NCBI GenBank assembly: GCA_963700085.1
Contig: CAVOWI010000020.1
Span: 79,450 to 143,449, forward strand
Reading direction: 5' to 3'
From: an uncultured delta proteobacterium
Lineage (GTDB): Bacteria > Myxococcota > Myxococcia > Myxococcales > Anaeromyxobacteraceae
Length of the DNA: 64,000 nucleotides
In this document: piece by piece, positions 54,926 to 64,000 of the stretch
How the letters are laid out: each line of letters begins with the position of its first letter
How positions within the stretch are numbered: position 1 is the first letter of the stretch
The notes under the pieces: model-generated
Database searches by the model: none
Told to the model about the DNA's origin: nothing
The model's input: the letters and a program-made list of their open reading frames with translations, nothing else
Program-made: the position numbers and the translations under genes

Positions 54926-56074
54926 TCAGCGGGCCGGCTCCGTGCGCACCCGCGCCCCCGGACCGACGGTCGACGACGGCGCGACCACCACCTCGCCGGG
55001 CACGAGGCCGGAGAGGACCTGCACGGTCCCCTCCCCCCGCATGCCCAGCTTCACTGGCTGTCGAACGGTGCGCCCGTCGCGGACGACCAGCGCCCACGGA
55101 TCGGTTCCCGCGTCGCGCACCGCGGCAGCCGGGAGGACCAGCGCGGCGGGGTCCCGCCCCACCTCGACGTTCACCGACACGGTCATGTCGGGACGCAGGA
55201 ATGGTGGGGGATCGGCGACGTCGAGCTTCACCTCCACGGTGCCGCGGGAGAGGTCCACCGCCGGCGCGATGTAGGCGACCCGGGCCGGGAAGATCTTGTC
55301 GGGGAAGGCGTCGACCGAGGCCGTGGCCGCCTGGCCGATCGCCAGGAAGGCCAGGTTCTTCTCGTCGGGCAGGACGGAGAGCTGGGTCGGACCGTCGCGG
55401 GCCACGACGAGCAGCGTTCGCCCTGGCTGCACCACGTCGCCGGGCTCCGCGTCCCGTTCGGTGACGACGCCCTCGGAAGGCGAGCGGATCTGCAGCTGGT
55501 CGAGCCGGGCCGCGGCGGCCTGCTCGGCGCCACGGGCCTGCTCGAGCGCCGCCAGCACCGCGCGGCGATCGGCTCCGCCGGCCGCCGCGCTGGCCTGGAT
55601 GCGCGCGGTCGCGAGCTGGCTCGCCGCCAGGTCGCGGGCCTGGAGGGCGTCGTCGAGATCCGAGCGGCTCACCGAGCCGGCCTCGGCGAGCGTGCGGTTG
55701 CGGGTGAGCTTCACCTCGGCCTGCTCGAGCCGCAGCTCGGCCTGCCGGACCGCCTGGCTGGTCACCTGGGCGCTCACGACCTCCACCTGCTCGAGCCGGG
55801 CGGCCGCCTGGGCCACGGCCGACCGGGCCTGGGCGAGCGCGGCGCGAGACTCCGCGTCGTCGAGGAGGACGAGCACCTGGCCGGCCTTGACCCGGTCGCC
55901 CTTCTCGACCGCCACGCGGGTCACCCTGCCGACGACCACGCTCCCGATCTGGATGCGGGCCGGCGCGAGCACGCGACCGCTCGCCACGACGCGCTGGACG
56001 AGTTCCCGCTTCTCCGCAACCCACACCGGCACCGTGGGGCCCATCAGGGCTCGCCCGCCCAGGAGGAGGGCCAA
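54926..56074 (-). CDS. Periplasmic adaptor (HlyD/MacA membrane-fusion protein)
   Basis: Lipoyl-like half-motifs (...GRVTRVAVEKGDRVKAGQVLVLLD... / ...IRSPSEGVVTERDAEPGDVVQPG...), an Ala-rich coiled-coil hairpin, and a beta-barrel domain. The TTG 56074 start truncates the TM anchor. An ATG at 56132 (MASLT...), joined by removing one base near 56110-56121, gives MASLTARRWRWVLGIGAAALALLLGG. That would make the span 1207 nt (1 mod 3). Confidence 0.85.
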   Translation of the reverse strand: MALLLGGRALMGPTVPVWVAEKRELVQRVVASGRVLAPARIQIGSVVVGRVTRVAVEKGDRVKAGQVLVLLDDAESRAALAQARSAVAQAAARLEQVEVVSAQVTSQAVRQAELRLEQAEVKLTRNRTLAEAGSVSRSDLDDALQARDLAASQLATARIQASAAAGGADRRAVLAALEQARGAEQAAAARLDQLQIRSPSEGVVTERDAEPGDVVQPGRTLLVVARDGPTQLSVLPDEKNLAFLAIGQAATASVDAFPDKIFPARVAYIAPAVDLSRGTVEVKLDVADPPPFLRPDMTVSVNVEVGRDPAALVLPAAAVRDAGTDPWALVVRDGRTVRQPVKLGMRGEGTVQVLSGLVPGEVVVAPSSTVGPGARVRTEPAR

Positions 56075-56207
56075 TGCTGCCGCCCCGATGCCAAGGACCC
56101 AGCGCCAGCGGCGAGCAGGTCAAGGAAGCCATGAACGCCGGAGTATACGGTGCCGGGAGCTTCCCGGGACGATAGACTCATCCGACTTTCACCCCCGAGG
56201 GGAGCGC

Positions 56208-57374
56208 ATGGACCAGGAAATGTGGGCACTCGTCTACGACCGGAAGAAGGACCCCTGGAGCACCTCCAAGGGGCTCCGCAAGGAGCGCGTGGCCCGTCCA
56301 TCCCTCGACGTGGGCAAGGACCACCGCGACGCCTCCATGGTCATCGTCAAGCCGCGCTTCGCCGGCTTCTGCGGCTCGGACCGCGGCATCTGGTTTCGCC
56401 GGGCCTTCGGCGACATGATCCAGTCGACGCTGGCGGCCGAGGGCAAGGACGCCCGCGTCATCGGCCACGAGCTGCTCGGCGAGGTGGTGGAGGCCGGGCC
56501 GGAGGCCACCCGCGACTTCGGGCTCCGCCCCGGCGACGTGGTGAGCACCGAGAGCCACATCATCTGCAACACCTGCTACCAGTGCCGGATCGGCGACAAC
56601 CACGTCTGCGCCACCGACCGCATCATCGGCATCAGCGTGGACGGATGCTTCGCCGAGTACGTGAAGTTGCCGGCCCAGGCCCTCTGGCCCACCGACATCG
56701 CGAAGATCCGGCCAGAGGTGGCTGCGCTCCAGGAGCCCTTCGGCAACGCCGTTCACGCCTGCACCAAGGTGAACCTGCGCGGCAAGTCCGTGGCCATCAT
56801 CGGCTGCGGCACCATCGGCCTCTTCGCCATCGCCGTGGCCCGCGCGCTGGGCGCCCGCCAGGTGATCGGCGTCGAGCCCATGAAGACCCACATCGAGATG
56901 GCGAAGAAGCTCGGCGCCGACGCGGTGGTGGAGCCGACCAAGACCACCGAGACCTCCTACGTCCACGACGAGGGGATCACGAAGGCCATTCACACGCTCA
57001 CCGATGGCGTCGGCGTGGACGTGGCCCTCGAGATGTCCGGCTCCAACGCGGCGCTCAACACCGCCATCTCCGTGGTGCGGCGCGGTGGCCACGTGATCCT
57101 CTTCGGCCTGAAGAGCGGCGAGGCGGTCATCGAGAGCCTGGAACGGGTCATCGTGGACGGCATCAGCCTCCACGCCGTGGTGGGGCGCCGCATCTTCGAG
57201 ACCTGGCACATCACCCGCAACCTCCTCGAGTCGACTTCCCCCAACATCCAGGAGCAGGTCTGGAGAGTCATCCTCCAGGGCGGAAAGGACACCGTGGTTC
57301 CCTTCTCCACCTGGGACCCGGTCTCCTTCGAGGAGAAGATCAAGGCCCACCCCAAGGTCCTCATCCAGTTCTGA
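56208..57374 (+). CDS. tdh: L-threonine 3-dehydrogenase (zinc MDR family, long form)
   Basis: 388 aa. GHELLGEVV, the structural-Zn segment [32 protein letters not shown], and GRRIFETWH match Tdh hallmarks. Followed by kbl. GAGGGGAG upstream of ATG 56208. Confidence 0.85.
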   Translation: MDQEMWALVYDRKKDPWSTSKGLRKERVARPSLDVGKDHRDASMVIVKPRFAGFCGSDRGIWFRRAFGDMIQSTLAAEGKDARVIGHELLGEVVEAGPEATRDFGLRPGDVVSTESHIICNTCYQCRIGDNHVCATDRIIGISVDGCFAEYVKLPAQALWPTDIAKIRPEVAALQEPFGNAVHACTKVNLRGKSVAIIGCGTIGLFAIAVARALGARQVIGVEPMKTHIEMAKKLGADAVVEPTKTTETSYVHDEGITKAIHTLTDGVGVDVALEMSGSNAALNTAISVVRRGGHVILFGLKSGEAVIESLERVIVDGISLHAVVGRRIFETWHITRNLLESTSPNIQEQVWRVILQGGKDTVVPFSTWDPVSFEEKIKAHPKVLIQF

Positions 57375-57394
57375 GCCCGTCCCAGGAGGCCGCC

Positions 57395-58579
57395 GTGTAC
57401 GACACCGCCCGCGACGTCTTCGCCCGCGCCATCGAGGAGATCCGTGCCGCCGGCACCTGGAAGGAGGAGCGGATCATCCAGTCGCCGCAGGGCGCGGAGA
57501 TCGAGGTCGGCGGGCGCAAGGTCCTCAACTTCTGCGCCAACAACTACCTGGGGCTCTCCGACCACCCGGCGCTGCTCGCCGCGGCACGGGCGACCCTCGA
57601 CGACCGCGGCTACGGCCTCTCCTCGGTGCGCTTCATCTGCGGCACCCAGGACCGCCACCGGGAACTGGAGCGCCGTCTGGCCGCCTTCTTCGGCTTCGAG
57701 GACGCCATCCTCTTCTCGTCCTGCTTCGACGCCAACGGCGGGGTCTTCGAGGCCTTGCTCGGCGAGCAGGACGCCATCGTCTCCGACTCGCTCAACCACG
57801 CCTCGATCATCGACGGCATCCGGCTCGCCAAGGCCAGGCGATTCCGGTACGCCCACGCCGACCTGGCCGACCTGGAGGCGAAGCTCGTCGAGGCGGCCGA
57901 CGCGCGGCTCAGGATGGTGGTCACCGACGGCGTCTTCTCCATGGACGGCGACCTGGCCCGTCTCGACGGGATCTGCGCCATCGCCGAACGGCACCGCGCG
58001 CTGGTGCTGGTCGACGACTCGCACGCCTCGGGCTTCGTGGGGCGCACCGGGCGCGGCACGCCCGAGCACTTCGGGGTGCAGGGGCGCGTGGACATCATGA
58101 CCTCGACCCTGGGCAAGGCCCTGGGCGGCGCCGCCGGTGGCTTCGTGGCGGGGCGCCAGGAGGTCGTGGACCTGCTCCGGCAGCGGGCCCGCCCGTACCT
58201 GTTCTCCAACACCGTCGCGCCCCCCATCGTCGGCGCCAGCCTGGCCGCGCTCGACCTGCTCGAGGGCTCGACCGAGCTGCGCGATCGGCTCATGGAGAAC
58301 GCCAGGCGCTTCCGGGAGGGCATGACTGCGGCCGGCTTCCAGCTCCGTCCCGGCTTCCATCCCATCGCCCCCATCATGCTGGGCGACGCGCGGCTGGCGG
58401 TGGACTTCGCCCGCGACCTGCTCGACGAGGGGATCTACGTCATCGGCTTCAGCTTCCCGGTGGTGCCGAAGGGCGAGGCGCGCATCCGCGTGCAGCTCTC
58501 AGCCGCCCATACGCCGGACATGGTGGACCAGGCCGTCGCCGCCTTCGTGAAGGTCGGACGCAAGCGCCGCGTCGTCTAG
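57395..58579 (+). CDS. kbl: Glycine C-acetyltransferase (2-amino-3-ketobutyrate CoA ligase)
   Basis: 394 aa. [33 protein letters not shown], and [11 protein letters not shown] (PLP-Lys). GTG 57395 lies 5 nt after AGGAGG (57384-57389). Confidence 0.92.
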   Translation: MYDTARDVFARAIEEIRAAGTWKEERIIQSPQGAEIEVGGRKVLNFCANNYLGLSDHPALLAAARATLDDRGYGLSSVRFICGTQDRHRELERRLAAFFGFEDAILFSSCFDANGGVFEALLGEQDAIVSDSLNHASIIDGIRLAKARRFRYAHADLADLEAKLVEAADARLRMVVTDGVFSMDGDLARLDGICAIAERHRALVLVDDSHASGFVGRTGRGTPEHFGVQGRVDIMTSTLGKALGGAAGGFVAGRQEVVDLLRQRARPYLFSNTVAPPIVGASLAALDLLEGSTELRDRLMENARRFREGMTAAGFQLRPGFHPIAPIMLGDARLAVDFARDLLDEGIYVIGFSFPVVPKGEARIRVQLSAAHTPDMVDQAVAAFVKVGRKRRVV

Positions 58580-59325
58580 TACACGAACAGCAAGCCCGCG
58601 CTCCAGGCCCAGTAGCTCGGCGCCAGCTGCCAGCTCTTCTGCGACCCGAAGTCGTTCACGCTCGACTTGGTGACGTCGAAGAAGAGCATGGACCGGTTGA
58701 TGCCGACGTCGTAGTCCATCTGCCTGGAGAGCCCGGTGTCGAAGGCATCGAGCACCAGCGCGAGCCCCAGCGTGCCCGCAAAGCCAAAGGTGGCGCCGGA
58801 GCCCCGGTAGGAGGTTCCGGTGGCCGAGTTCCAGGTGGACGTGCCCCCCTGTCCGCTGGTGCTCCAGATGTAGTCGAGGATGGCGCCGCGGACGTAGGGC
58901 GCGAGCGGGACCTCGAACCGATCGTAGAACCAGTCGACCCGGTAGGTGACCGCGATCTGGAGCGGGATGATCATGAGGCTCGTGCTTCCGCCTCGCTGGA
59001 CCACGCCGCTCGAATCCGTGTACTGCCCCTGACCCCAGACCTGCCACCAGCCGGCACCGAAGCCCACGTCGAGGGTCCCCGCCTCGGTCATCCAGACCGA
59101 CTTGGAGAAGATGCCCTGGATCATGAGCGGGCGGTTGGTGCCGAAGGTGGTGACGTACGGAGGAGCGACGGAGCTGGTGAACTCGGAGTCGATGTTGGGG
59201 CTGAACGGGGAGAGGGAGAACTGGAAGGAACCCCACCGCGGGGACTCCTTCGAGACGGCGACGGGGCTCTGGGCCGCGGCGGGCAGGGCCAGCGCGAGCG
59301 CCAGCGCGAGGAGGACCTTCTTCAC
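58576..59325 (-). CDS. Outer-membrane beta-barrel protein (Myxococcota-type, partner of the adjacent MYXO-CTERM protein)
   Basis: 249 aa. Signal peptide [18 protein letters not shown]. Alternating strands and a C-terminal aromatic signature AGLLFVY*. GTG start overlaps the upstream stop (GTGA). The 3' end overlaps the kbl stop by 4 nt (convergent). Confidence 0.7.
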   Translation of the reverse strand: MKKVLLALALALALPAAAQSPVAVSKESPRWGSFQFSLSPFSPNIDSEFTSSVAPPYVTTFGTNRPLMIQGIFSKSVWMTEAGTLDVGFGAGWWQVWGQGQYTDSSGVVQRGGSTSLMIIPLQIAVTYRVDWFYDRFEVPLAPYVRGAILDYIWSTSGQGGTSTWNSATGTSYRGSGATFGFAGTLGLALVLDAFDTGLSRQMDYDVGINRSMLFFDVTKSSVNDFGSQKSWQLAPSYWAWSAGLLFVY

Positions 59326-60233
59326 GAGCGCCTCCGGCGGGCGGCCAGGAGCCCGAGAAGGGCCAGCGCGGGCCCCAGGGTTCCCGCGCCTCCGGTGCTG
59401 CAGCCGCCCTCCTCCACGCCCCCCTGATCCTTGTAGACCTGCCAGAAGTTGAGGAAGGGCAGCGGCGTGGTGCTGGCGTTGGGGCCGGTGACGTCGGAGA
59501 CCGCGCCGAGGTTGCCGGCCTGGCTGGAAGCCTGGGCGGTGACCGTGTACGGGATCGAGTTCGTGAGGCCGCCGCAGACCACCGTTCCGACGTTGCTCGG
59601 ACCGCCGATGGAAGGTGACCCGCCGCCCGCCGATGGCGTGCAGGTGACCTTGTAGGTCACGCTCCTGGTGGCCGTCTCGGTGGCGGTGGCCGTGCCCGCC
59701 GCCACGGATACGGAGAGCTGGGAGTCACCCGGCGTGACGCCGCCGATCGTGGGCCTGGGGGGGATGGCCAGCTGGAACACGAAGGTCCCCTGCGAGGCGA
59801 GCTGCCAGTTGGTCGTCGATCCGCCGGGGAGGTAGTAGACGCAGAGGACGATGGGGACGTCGTTCGCCTGCGTGCAACTCCCCACGCTCGCGGTGGCGGC
59901 AATGGCGCTGACGAACACCCCGTTGACGGCCTGCGTGGAGCCGGTGGCCGTCACGTCCTGGGAGATCCCCGCGGGGACGGTGCCACTCGTGGCGCAGCCC
60001 GTGCTCTGGGTCGCAGCCCCCAGCCGGTACCTGTCGCCGTTGGCGATGACCGGCGACACGCTCGACGCGATCGTCCAGTTCGAGGTGCTGGTCGTGGAGG
60101 CGCACTCGGCCTGATTGGCAAGGCCCGAGACGCCCTGGGTCGTGACCAGCGCCGAGGTCGCGCCCGGGGTGGTGACCTGGGCCAGCGCTGCGCCGGGGAG
60201 AAGACAGAGGAGGAGCGTGGCTCTGCGGAGCAT
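59322..60233 (-). CDS. Secreted Ser/Thr/Gly-rich protein with C-terminal MYXO-CTERM sorting signal
   Basis: 303 aa. Signal peptide MLRRATLLLCLLPGAALAQ. Paired Cys. The C-terminus [28 protein letters not shown] has the order Cys-containing motif, hydrophobic helix, then Arg cluster. Confidence 0.75.
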   Translation of the reverse strand: MLRRATLLLCLLPGAALAQVTTPGATSALVTTQGVSGLANQAECASTTSTSNWTIASSVSPVIANGDRYRLGAATQSTGCATSGTVPAGISQDVTATGSTQAVNGVFVSAIAATASVGSCTQANDVPIVLCVYYLPGGSTTNWQLASQGTFVFQLAIPPRPTIGGVTPGDSQLSVSVAAGTATATETATRSVTYKVTCTPSAGGGSPSIGGPSNVGTVVCGGLTNSIPYTVTAQASSQAGNLGAVSDVTGPNASTTPLPFLNFWQVYKDQGGVEEGGCSTGGAGTLGPALALLGLLAARRRRS

Positions 60234-60246
60234 GGGGGGTCGATTC

Positions 60247-60262
60247 TGCAAGGCCGGGGCCA
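60247..60262 (-). promoter_or_regulatory. Sigma-54-type -24/-12 candidate TGGCCC-N5-TTGCA upstream of the MYXO-CTERM gene
   Basis: The minus strand reads ggTGGCCCcggccTTGCAgaatcgaccccccATG, against the consensus TGGCAC-N5-TTGCA. Two caveats apply. It ends only 13 nt before the ATG. It also sits inside an imperfect inverted repeat (CTGCAAGG ... CCTTGCAAG, 60246-60272). Confidence 0.3.
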
Positions 60263-60413
60263 CCCTTGCAAGCTCCCGTCGACGCAGGGAGCACCCGGAC
60301 CCCGCGAACCGGGCCCGCCTTTTTGGCAAAGACGGGGGCTCCGCATGCTGCCCGCCTGACAAATTGGCAACGCTCCGACCGCCCGGATCGGGCGCCTGGC
60401 GCCCCATTCAGGG

Positions 60414-61436
60414 CTACCCGCGCCGGAGCCGGACCCACTCCTGGGCGATGCGCACCGCATTGCTGGCGGCGCCGCAGCGCAGGTTGTCGGCCACCAGGAA
60501 GAGGTCGAGCCCGTTCCTCTGCGAGGCGTCCTCCCGGATCCGCCCCACCAGCACGGCGTCGTCGTTCACCGCCAGCATGGGCATGGGGTAGACCCGGTCC
60601 CCGGGGGCGTCCACCACCTTGACCCTGGGTGATGCGCGGAGCACGGCCCGGGCCCCCTCGGCATCCAGCGGTCGCGCCGTGCGGACATTCACGGCAAGTC
60701 CATGTCCGTAGAAGACCGGGACCCGGATGGCGGTGGCGGCGGCGGCGAGGGTCGGGGCCGAGAGCAGCCGCCGGAGCTCCGACCCGACGGCGACCTCGTC
60801 GTCGGTGTGCCCGCCGGCGTCGAAGGCGCCCACCTGCGGCACCAGGTTGAAGCCCATGCGGTGGGAGATCTCGGAAACGTCGGGCTCCTCCCCGTTGAGG
60901 AGGGCCACCATCTCCTTCTCCAGCTGCCGGACGCCTGCGCGGCCTGCTCCGGAGGCCGCGTACAGGACGGTGACGACGACCCTTTCGACTCCCGCCTTGC
61001 GGTGGAGGGGCCCGAGGGTCAGTGCCAGAGGGACCACCGGCCCGGACGGACCGGCCACCACGCCCCGGGCCTTCCCCTCGGCGACGGCGCCATCGTTCCA
61101 GCCGGCCACCACGAGCGGCACCTCGGGCGCGGAGCGGAAGGCGCCGGTGAGGTCCACCGCCAGGCAACCGTCGGCCCAGGCCCTCGGCGCCCACTCGCGC
61201 GCGAGCGGTGCGGGGGTGGCGAAGATGGCGGCGTCGCAGCCCCTGAAGGCCTTCTCGTCGAGCTTCTCGACCTCCAGCTCGTCGCCTCGGAACTCGAGCA
61301 GGTCCACCTCGGAACTGGCGGTCGCGAAGAGCCGGAGCGAGACCGGAACCGTCCTGGCCTCCAGGTCCTCCAGCACGGCGCGCCCCACCGAGCCGGTGGC
61401 ACCCACCACGGCGAGCTGCATCGGGCGATCGGTCAT
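60414..61436 (-). CDS. Aspartate-semialdehyde dehydrogenase family paralog lacking the catalytic cysteine
   Basis: 340 aa. Rossmann VVGATGSVG. The C-terminal VGRIR...[19 protein letters not shown] matches Asd, and the active-site His is retained (PVFYGHG). The IANPNCST active-site segment reads VAGPSGPV, and STYQAVSGAG reads [10 protein letters not shown]. Confidence 0.8.
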   Translation of the reverse strand: MTDRPMQLAVVGATGSVGRAVLEDLEARTVPVSLRLFATASSEVDLLEFRGDELEVEKLDEKAFRGCDAAIFATPAPLAREWAPRAWADGCLAVDLTGAFRSAPEVPLVVAGWNDGAVAEGKARGVVAGPSGPVVPLALTLGPLHRKAGVERVVVTVLYAASGAGRAGVRQLEKEMVALLNGEEPDVSEISHRMGFNLVPQVGAFDAGGHTDDEVAVGSELRRLLSAPTLAAAATAIRVPVFYGHGLAVNVRTARPLDAEGARAVLRASPRVKVVDAPGDRVYPMPMLAVNDDAVLVGRIREDASQRNGLDLFLVADNLRCGAASNAVRIAQEWVRLRRG

Positions 61437-62344
61437 CTAATTGACTCCTGGTGAAACAGGTCGCGAAGGGCCGGCTCGAGCGCCGGCCAGCGGAAACGAT
61501 ACCCGAGCGAGAGCGCCCGCCGGGGCACCACGCGCTGGCTCGCGAGCACCACCTCTGCCATCCCGCCCATCGCGACGCGAATGGCGAAGGCCGGCGTGGC
61601 GACCCGGCTGGGGCGGCCCAGGACCCGCCCGATGGCTCGAGCCATGTCGCGGTTGCGGGCCGGATCCGGCGCCGTGGCGTTCACCGGCCCGGCGGCGAGC
61701 GGGTCCTCGAGCGCGAGGCGCAGGATGCCCACCTGGTCGTCGAGGTGGAGCCAGGACTGCCAGAAGCTCCCGTCGCCGATGGGGCCGCCGACGAACATCC
61801 TGAAGGGCAGCGCGAGCTTGGGCAGCGCTCCCCCGCCGGCGGCCAGGACGATCCCGGTGCGGAGGAGCACCACGCGCGCCCTCTTCTGGGCGGGGCGCGC
61901 CGCCTCCTCCCATTCCACCGCAACGTGGGCCAGGAAGTCGTTTCCCGGGGGCGACGACTCGTCGACCACCTCGTCGCCGCACGGGCCGTAGTAGCCGATG
62001 GCGCTGCCGTTCACGAGGACCGACGGTCCGCCAGCGGCGATCACCGTGACCACGTTCCGGGTGGCGAGCACGCGGCTGTCACGGATGCGCTTGCGCCGAT
62101 CGTCCGTCCAGCGCCCGGAGGCCACCGGCTCGCCCGCCAGGTTCACGCAGGCGTCGCAGCGAGAGAGCTCCTCCTGCCAGGCCCCCGGAACGGCCGGGTC
62201 GCCCTGCACGGCGAGACAGCCGGCGGCCAGGCCGACCGGGGCGGCGCTCCGGGAAAGCGCCACCACCTCGTGGCCGTCCCGGAGGAGGGAGGCCGACAGC
62301 GCCCTGCCGATGAGCCCGGTGGCTCCGGTGAGAAAGACACGCAT
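61433..62344 (-). CDS. NAD-dependent epimerase-like protein, YfcH/SDR39U1 type (TIGR01777-like with DUF1731-type C-terminus)
   Basis: 303 aa. [16 protein letters not shown]. ...[26 protein letters not shown].... ...[16 protein letters not shown].... ...[17 protein letters not shown]. Confidence 0.85.
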   Translation of the reverse strand: MRVFLTGATGLIGRALSASLLRDGHEVVALSRSAAPVGLAAGCLAVQGDPAVPGAWQEELSRCDACVNLAGEPVASGRWTDDRRKRIRDSRVLATRNVVTVIAAGGPSVLVNGSAIGYYGPCGDEVVDESSPPGNDFLAHVAVEWEEAARPAQKRARVVLLRTGIVLAAGGGALPKLALPFRMFVGGPIGDGSFWQSWLHLDDQVGILRLALEDPLAAGPVNATAPDPARNRDMARAIGRVLGRPSRVATPAFAIRVAMGGMAEVVLASQRVVPRRALSLGYRFRWPALEPALRDLFHQESIR

Positions 62345-62346
62345 GG

Positions 62347-63076
62347 TCAGGGAATCCCGTTGGGGAACTTCACCTCGGCCTCGCTCTTGCGCACGTAATG
62401 GGGCTCGAGGGCGAAGAGGGCCTGATCGTCGAAGGAGGCCCGGGCGAGACGCGCGGCCGCGAGGCGCCCCACCGCGTCGCCGGAAGGCGTGGCCGGCGCC
62501 GCCTCGAGAAACGGGAGGCCGGTGGCCAGGACGTCCCGGTAGGCGGCGTACCCATCGCCGAAGCCCAACGCAGGGCCGAGCCCGGCGACCCGCGCCGCCA
62601 CCGCCTCCGGAGCGATCGCCTCCTCGGGGCGCACCGCCGTGACGCCGCCCCGGTGGGCCCGGTAGAAGCCGGCGTAGACCTCCCCCTTGCGCGCGTCGAG
62701 AAGCGGCACCAGCAAGGTCTCCCGGCTCCGCGGGTAGGCCGGCGGCCGCCTCGAGCGCCATGGCCGCCAGGCTGGAGGCCCCGACGATGGGGCGCCGGTT
62801 GGCGTAGGCGAGCCCCTTCCACGTGGCCAGCCCGATGCGAAGCCCGGTGAAGGATCCGGGGCCGAGGCCAACCGCGAAACCCTCCACCTCGCTGACCTTG
62901 CGCCCGAGCACCCCGAGCAGATCGGTGAGCGCTCCGGGCAGCCGGATGCCGTGACCTCCGCCTGCTCCGGCGGCGCGGTCGGTGCGGGTGGTGAGCACCT
63001 CGACCTCCTCCCCGCGCAGCTCGAGGAGCGCGCAGGACAGGGTCAGGGTGGACGCGTCGATGGCGGCGACGAGCAT
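62347..63076 (-). CDS. tsaB: tRNA N6-threonylcarbamoyladenosine biosynthesis protein TsaB; frameshifted as assembled
   Basis: MLVAAIDAS...[43 protein letters not shown] is in frame 1. ...[20 protein letters not shown]... to the stop is in track ORF 62347..62871. The span is 730 nt (1 mod 3), with an extra base near 62717-62729. Confidence 0.8.
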
Positions 63077-63089
63077 GGCCGTGCGGCCC

Positions 63090-64000
63090 CTAGCCCATCA
63101 GCCGGACGATGTCGTTCTTGAAGACGAAGACCATGAGGAAGACGAGCAGCAGGATCCCGACCAGGTTCGCCACCTCACGCGTCCGCAGCGAGAGCGGCTT
63201 GCGGGTCACCACCTCCACGGCCGTGGCCACGATGTGTCCACCGTCGAGCACCGGGATGGGAAGCAGGTTCATGATCCCGAGGTTGACGCTGATGAGGGCC
63301 ATCTTGAAGAGGAAGCTCGCCCAGCCCTCCTGCGCGGCCTGGGCGGCGATCTGGAAGAGCATGATCGGGCCGCCCACGGTCTTGAAGCTGATCTCCCCCT
63401 GGACGATGCGCGCGATGCCGAGCGAGGTGAGGCGCACCACCTCGGCGAGATGGCCGACGGCGTTCGAGAAGGCCTCGCCGACGCCGACGGAGAGCAGCAC
63501 CTCCTCGGCCACGAGTGCCTTCGACTCGACGAGCCCACGCTGGTCCGGGAAGAAGCCGAGCGTGATCCGCTTGCGGGTCTCGCGGGTCATCTCGTCGACG
63601 TACTCCTGGTCGGCGGGCATGAGCTCCGTCGCGCGTCCGTCGGCGAGGACGAGCTTCACCGGCGTGCCGGAGAGAAAGTCGGGCGAGAGCTGGTTCAGTT
63701 CCCGGAAGGAGCGCACCGGCTTGCCGTTGACGGACGCGATGGCGTCGCCGCGTCGAAGTCCGGCCCTGGCGGCTGGGCTGCCTGGCGTCACCTCGGCGAT
63801 GAAGGTCGAGACGGTGGGGTCGGCGGCCGCGAAGGCCGGGCTGCCGCCGGCGCAGGTGGGAACCGGGCCGATCCGGAGCGGCTGGTAGGTGGAGAGCGCC
63901 ACGCCGGGCGCGCCCACCGGCGCCTCGCGCAGGACCTCCAGGTCGAGCGGATCGCAGGGCGCGGCCCGCATGATCCGGTCGAGGTCGCCCATGTTCCGCA
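63090..64000 (-). CDS. rseP: RIP zinc metalloprotease RseP (site-2 protease), C-terminal part; 5' end beyond the window
   Basis: PDZ segment (...[23 protein letters not shown]...) and the C-terminal membrane core ...[24 protein letters not shown]. The ORF is open to the window edge. Confidence 0.85.
   Translation of the reverse strand, partial: RNMGDLDRIMRAAPCDPLDLEVLREAPVGAPGVALSTYQPLRIGPVPTCAGGSPAFAAADPTVSTFIAEVTPGSPAARAGLRRGDAIASVNGKPVRSFRELNQLSPDFLSGTPVKLVLADGRATELMPADQEYVDEMTRETRKRITLGFFPDQRGLVESKALVAEEVLLSVGVGEAFSNAVGHLAEVVRLTSLGIARIVQGEISFKTVGGPIMLFQIAAQAAQEGWASFLFKMALISVNLGIMNLLPIPVLDGGHIVATAVEVVTRKPLSLRTREVANLVGILLLVFLMVFVFKNDIVRLMG

Overview
High-GC (over 70% by eye), gene-dense chromosomal segment. 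It is most consistent with a Myxococcota (Anaeromyxobacter-like) genome. That taxon call is an inference from a MYXO-CTERM sorting signal, a short OPX plus beta-barrel polysaccharide export pair, and an ACIII-caa3 operon. I can support about 58 protein-coding genes. I saw no rRNA, tRNA, CRISPR array, transposase or integrase.

Gene blocks, in order:
1. 1-4078, plus strand: polysaccharide export locus (kinase-like tail, short Wza-like OPX, beta-barrel, WbaP-type phosphoglycosyl transferase).
2. rmuC.
3. 5490-22585, minus strand: a 17-kb respiratory block. It holds a molybdopterin-free tetraheme / FeS / NrfD / monoheme quinol-cytochrome module, a degenerate NtrC-type regulator, and a 12-gene ACIII (actABCDEF) + SCO1 + caa3 oxidase operon joined by ATGA overlaps.
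4. 22586-22845: an AT-rich divergent control region, followed by an ECF sigma factor fused to a ZAS anti-sigma-like domain.
5. aat, an S9 peptidase, an SDR, clpS-clpA, hrpB, a hemolysin-III protein, a DEDDh exonuclease, and an aromatic amino-acid decarboxylase.
6. sucAB, an lgt ORF running in frame into a receiver domain, and a rubrerythrin / CCG Fe-S oxidoreductase / DUF3501 trio.
7. A small Cys protein plus a sensor-less MCP.
8. A translationally coupled operon: unknown protein, PilT-like ATPase, GT-C/TPR protein, SftH-like helicase.
9. arfB, a MacAB/Lol-type ABC exporter, tdh-kbl, an OM beta-barrel plus MYXO-CTERM pair, and a Cys-less asd paralog, yfcH-like, tsaB and rseP.

A window-wide peculiarity is about 13 single-nucleotide frame breaks inside otherwise conserved genes. 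These look more like assembly indels than true pseudogenes. All family calls come from motif reading by eye; no database search was run.
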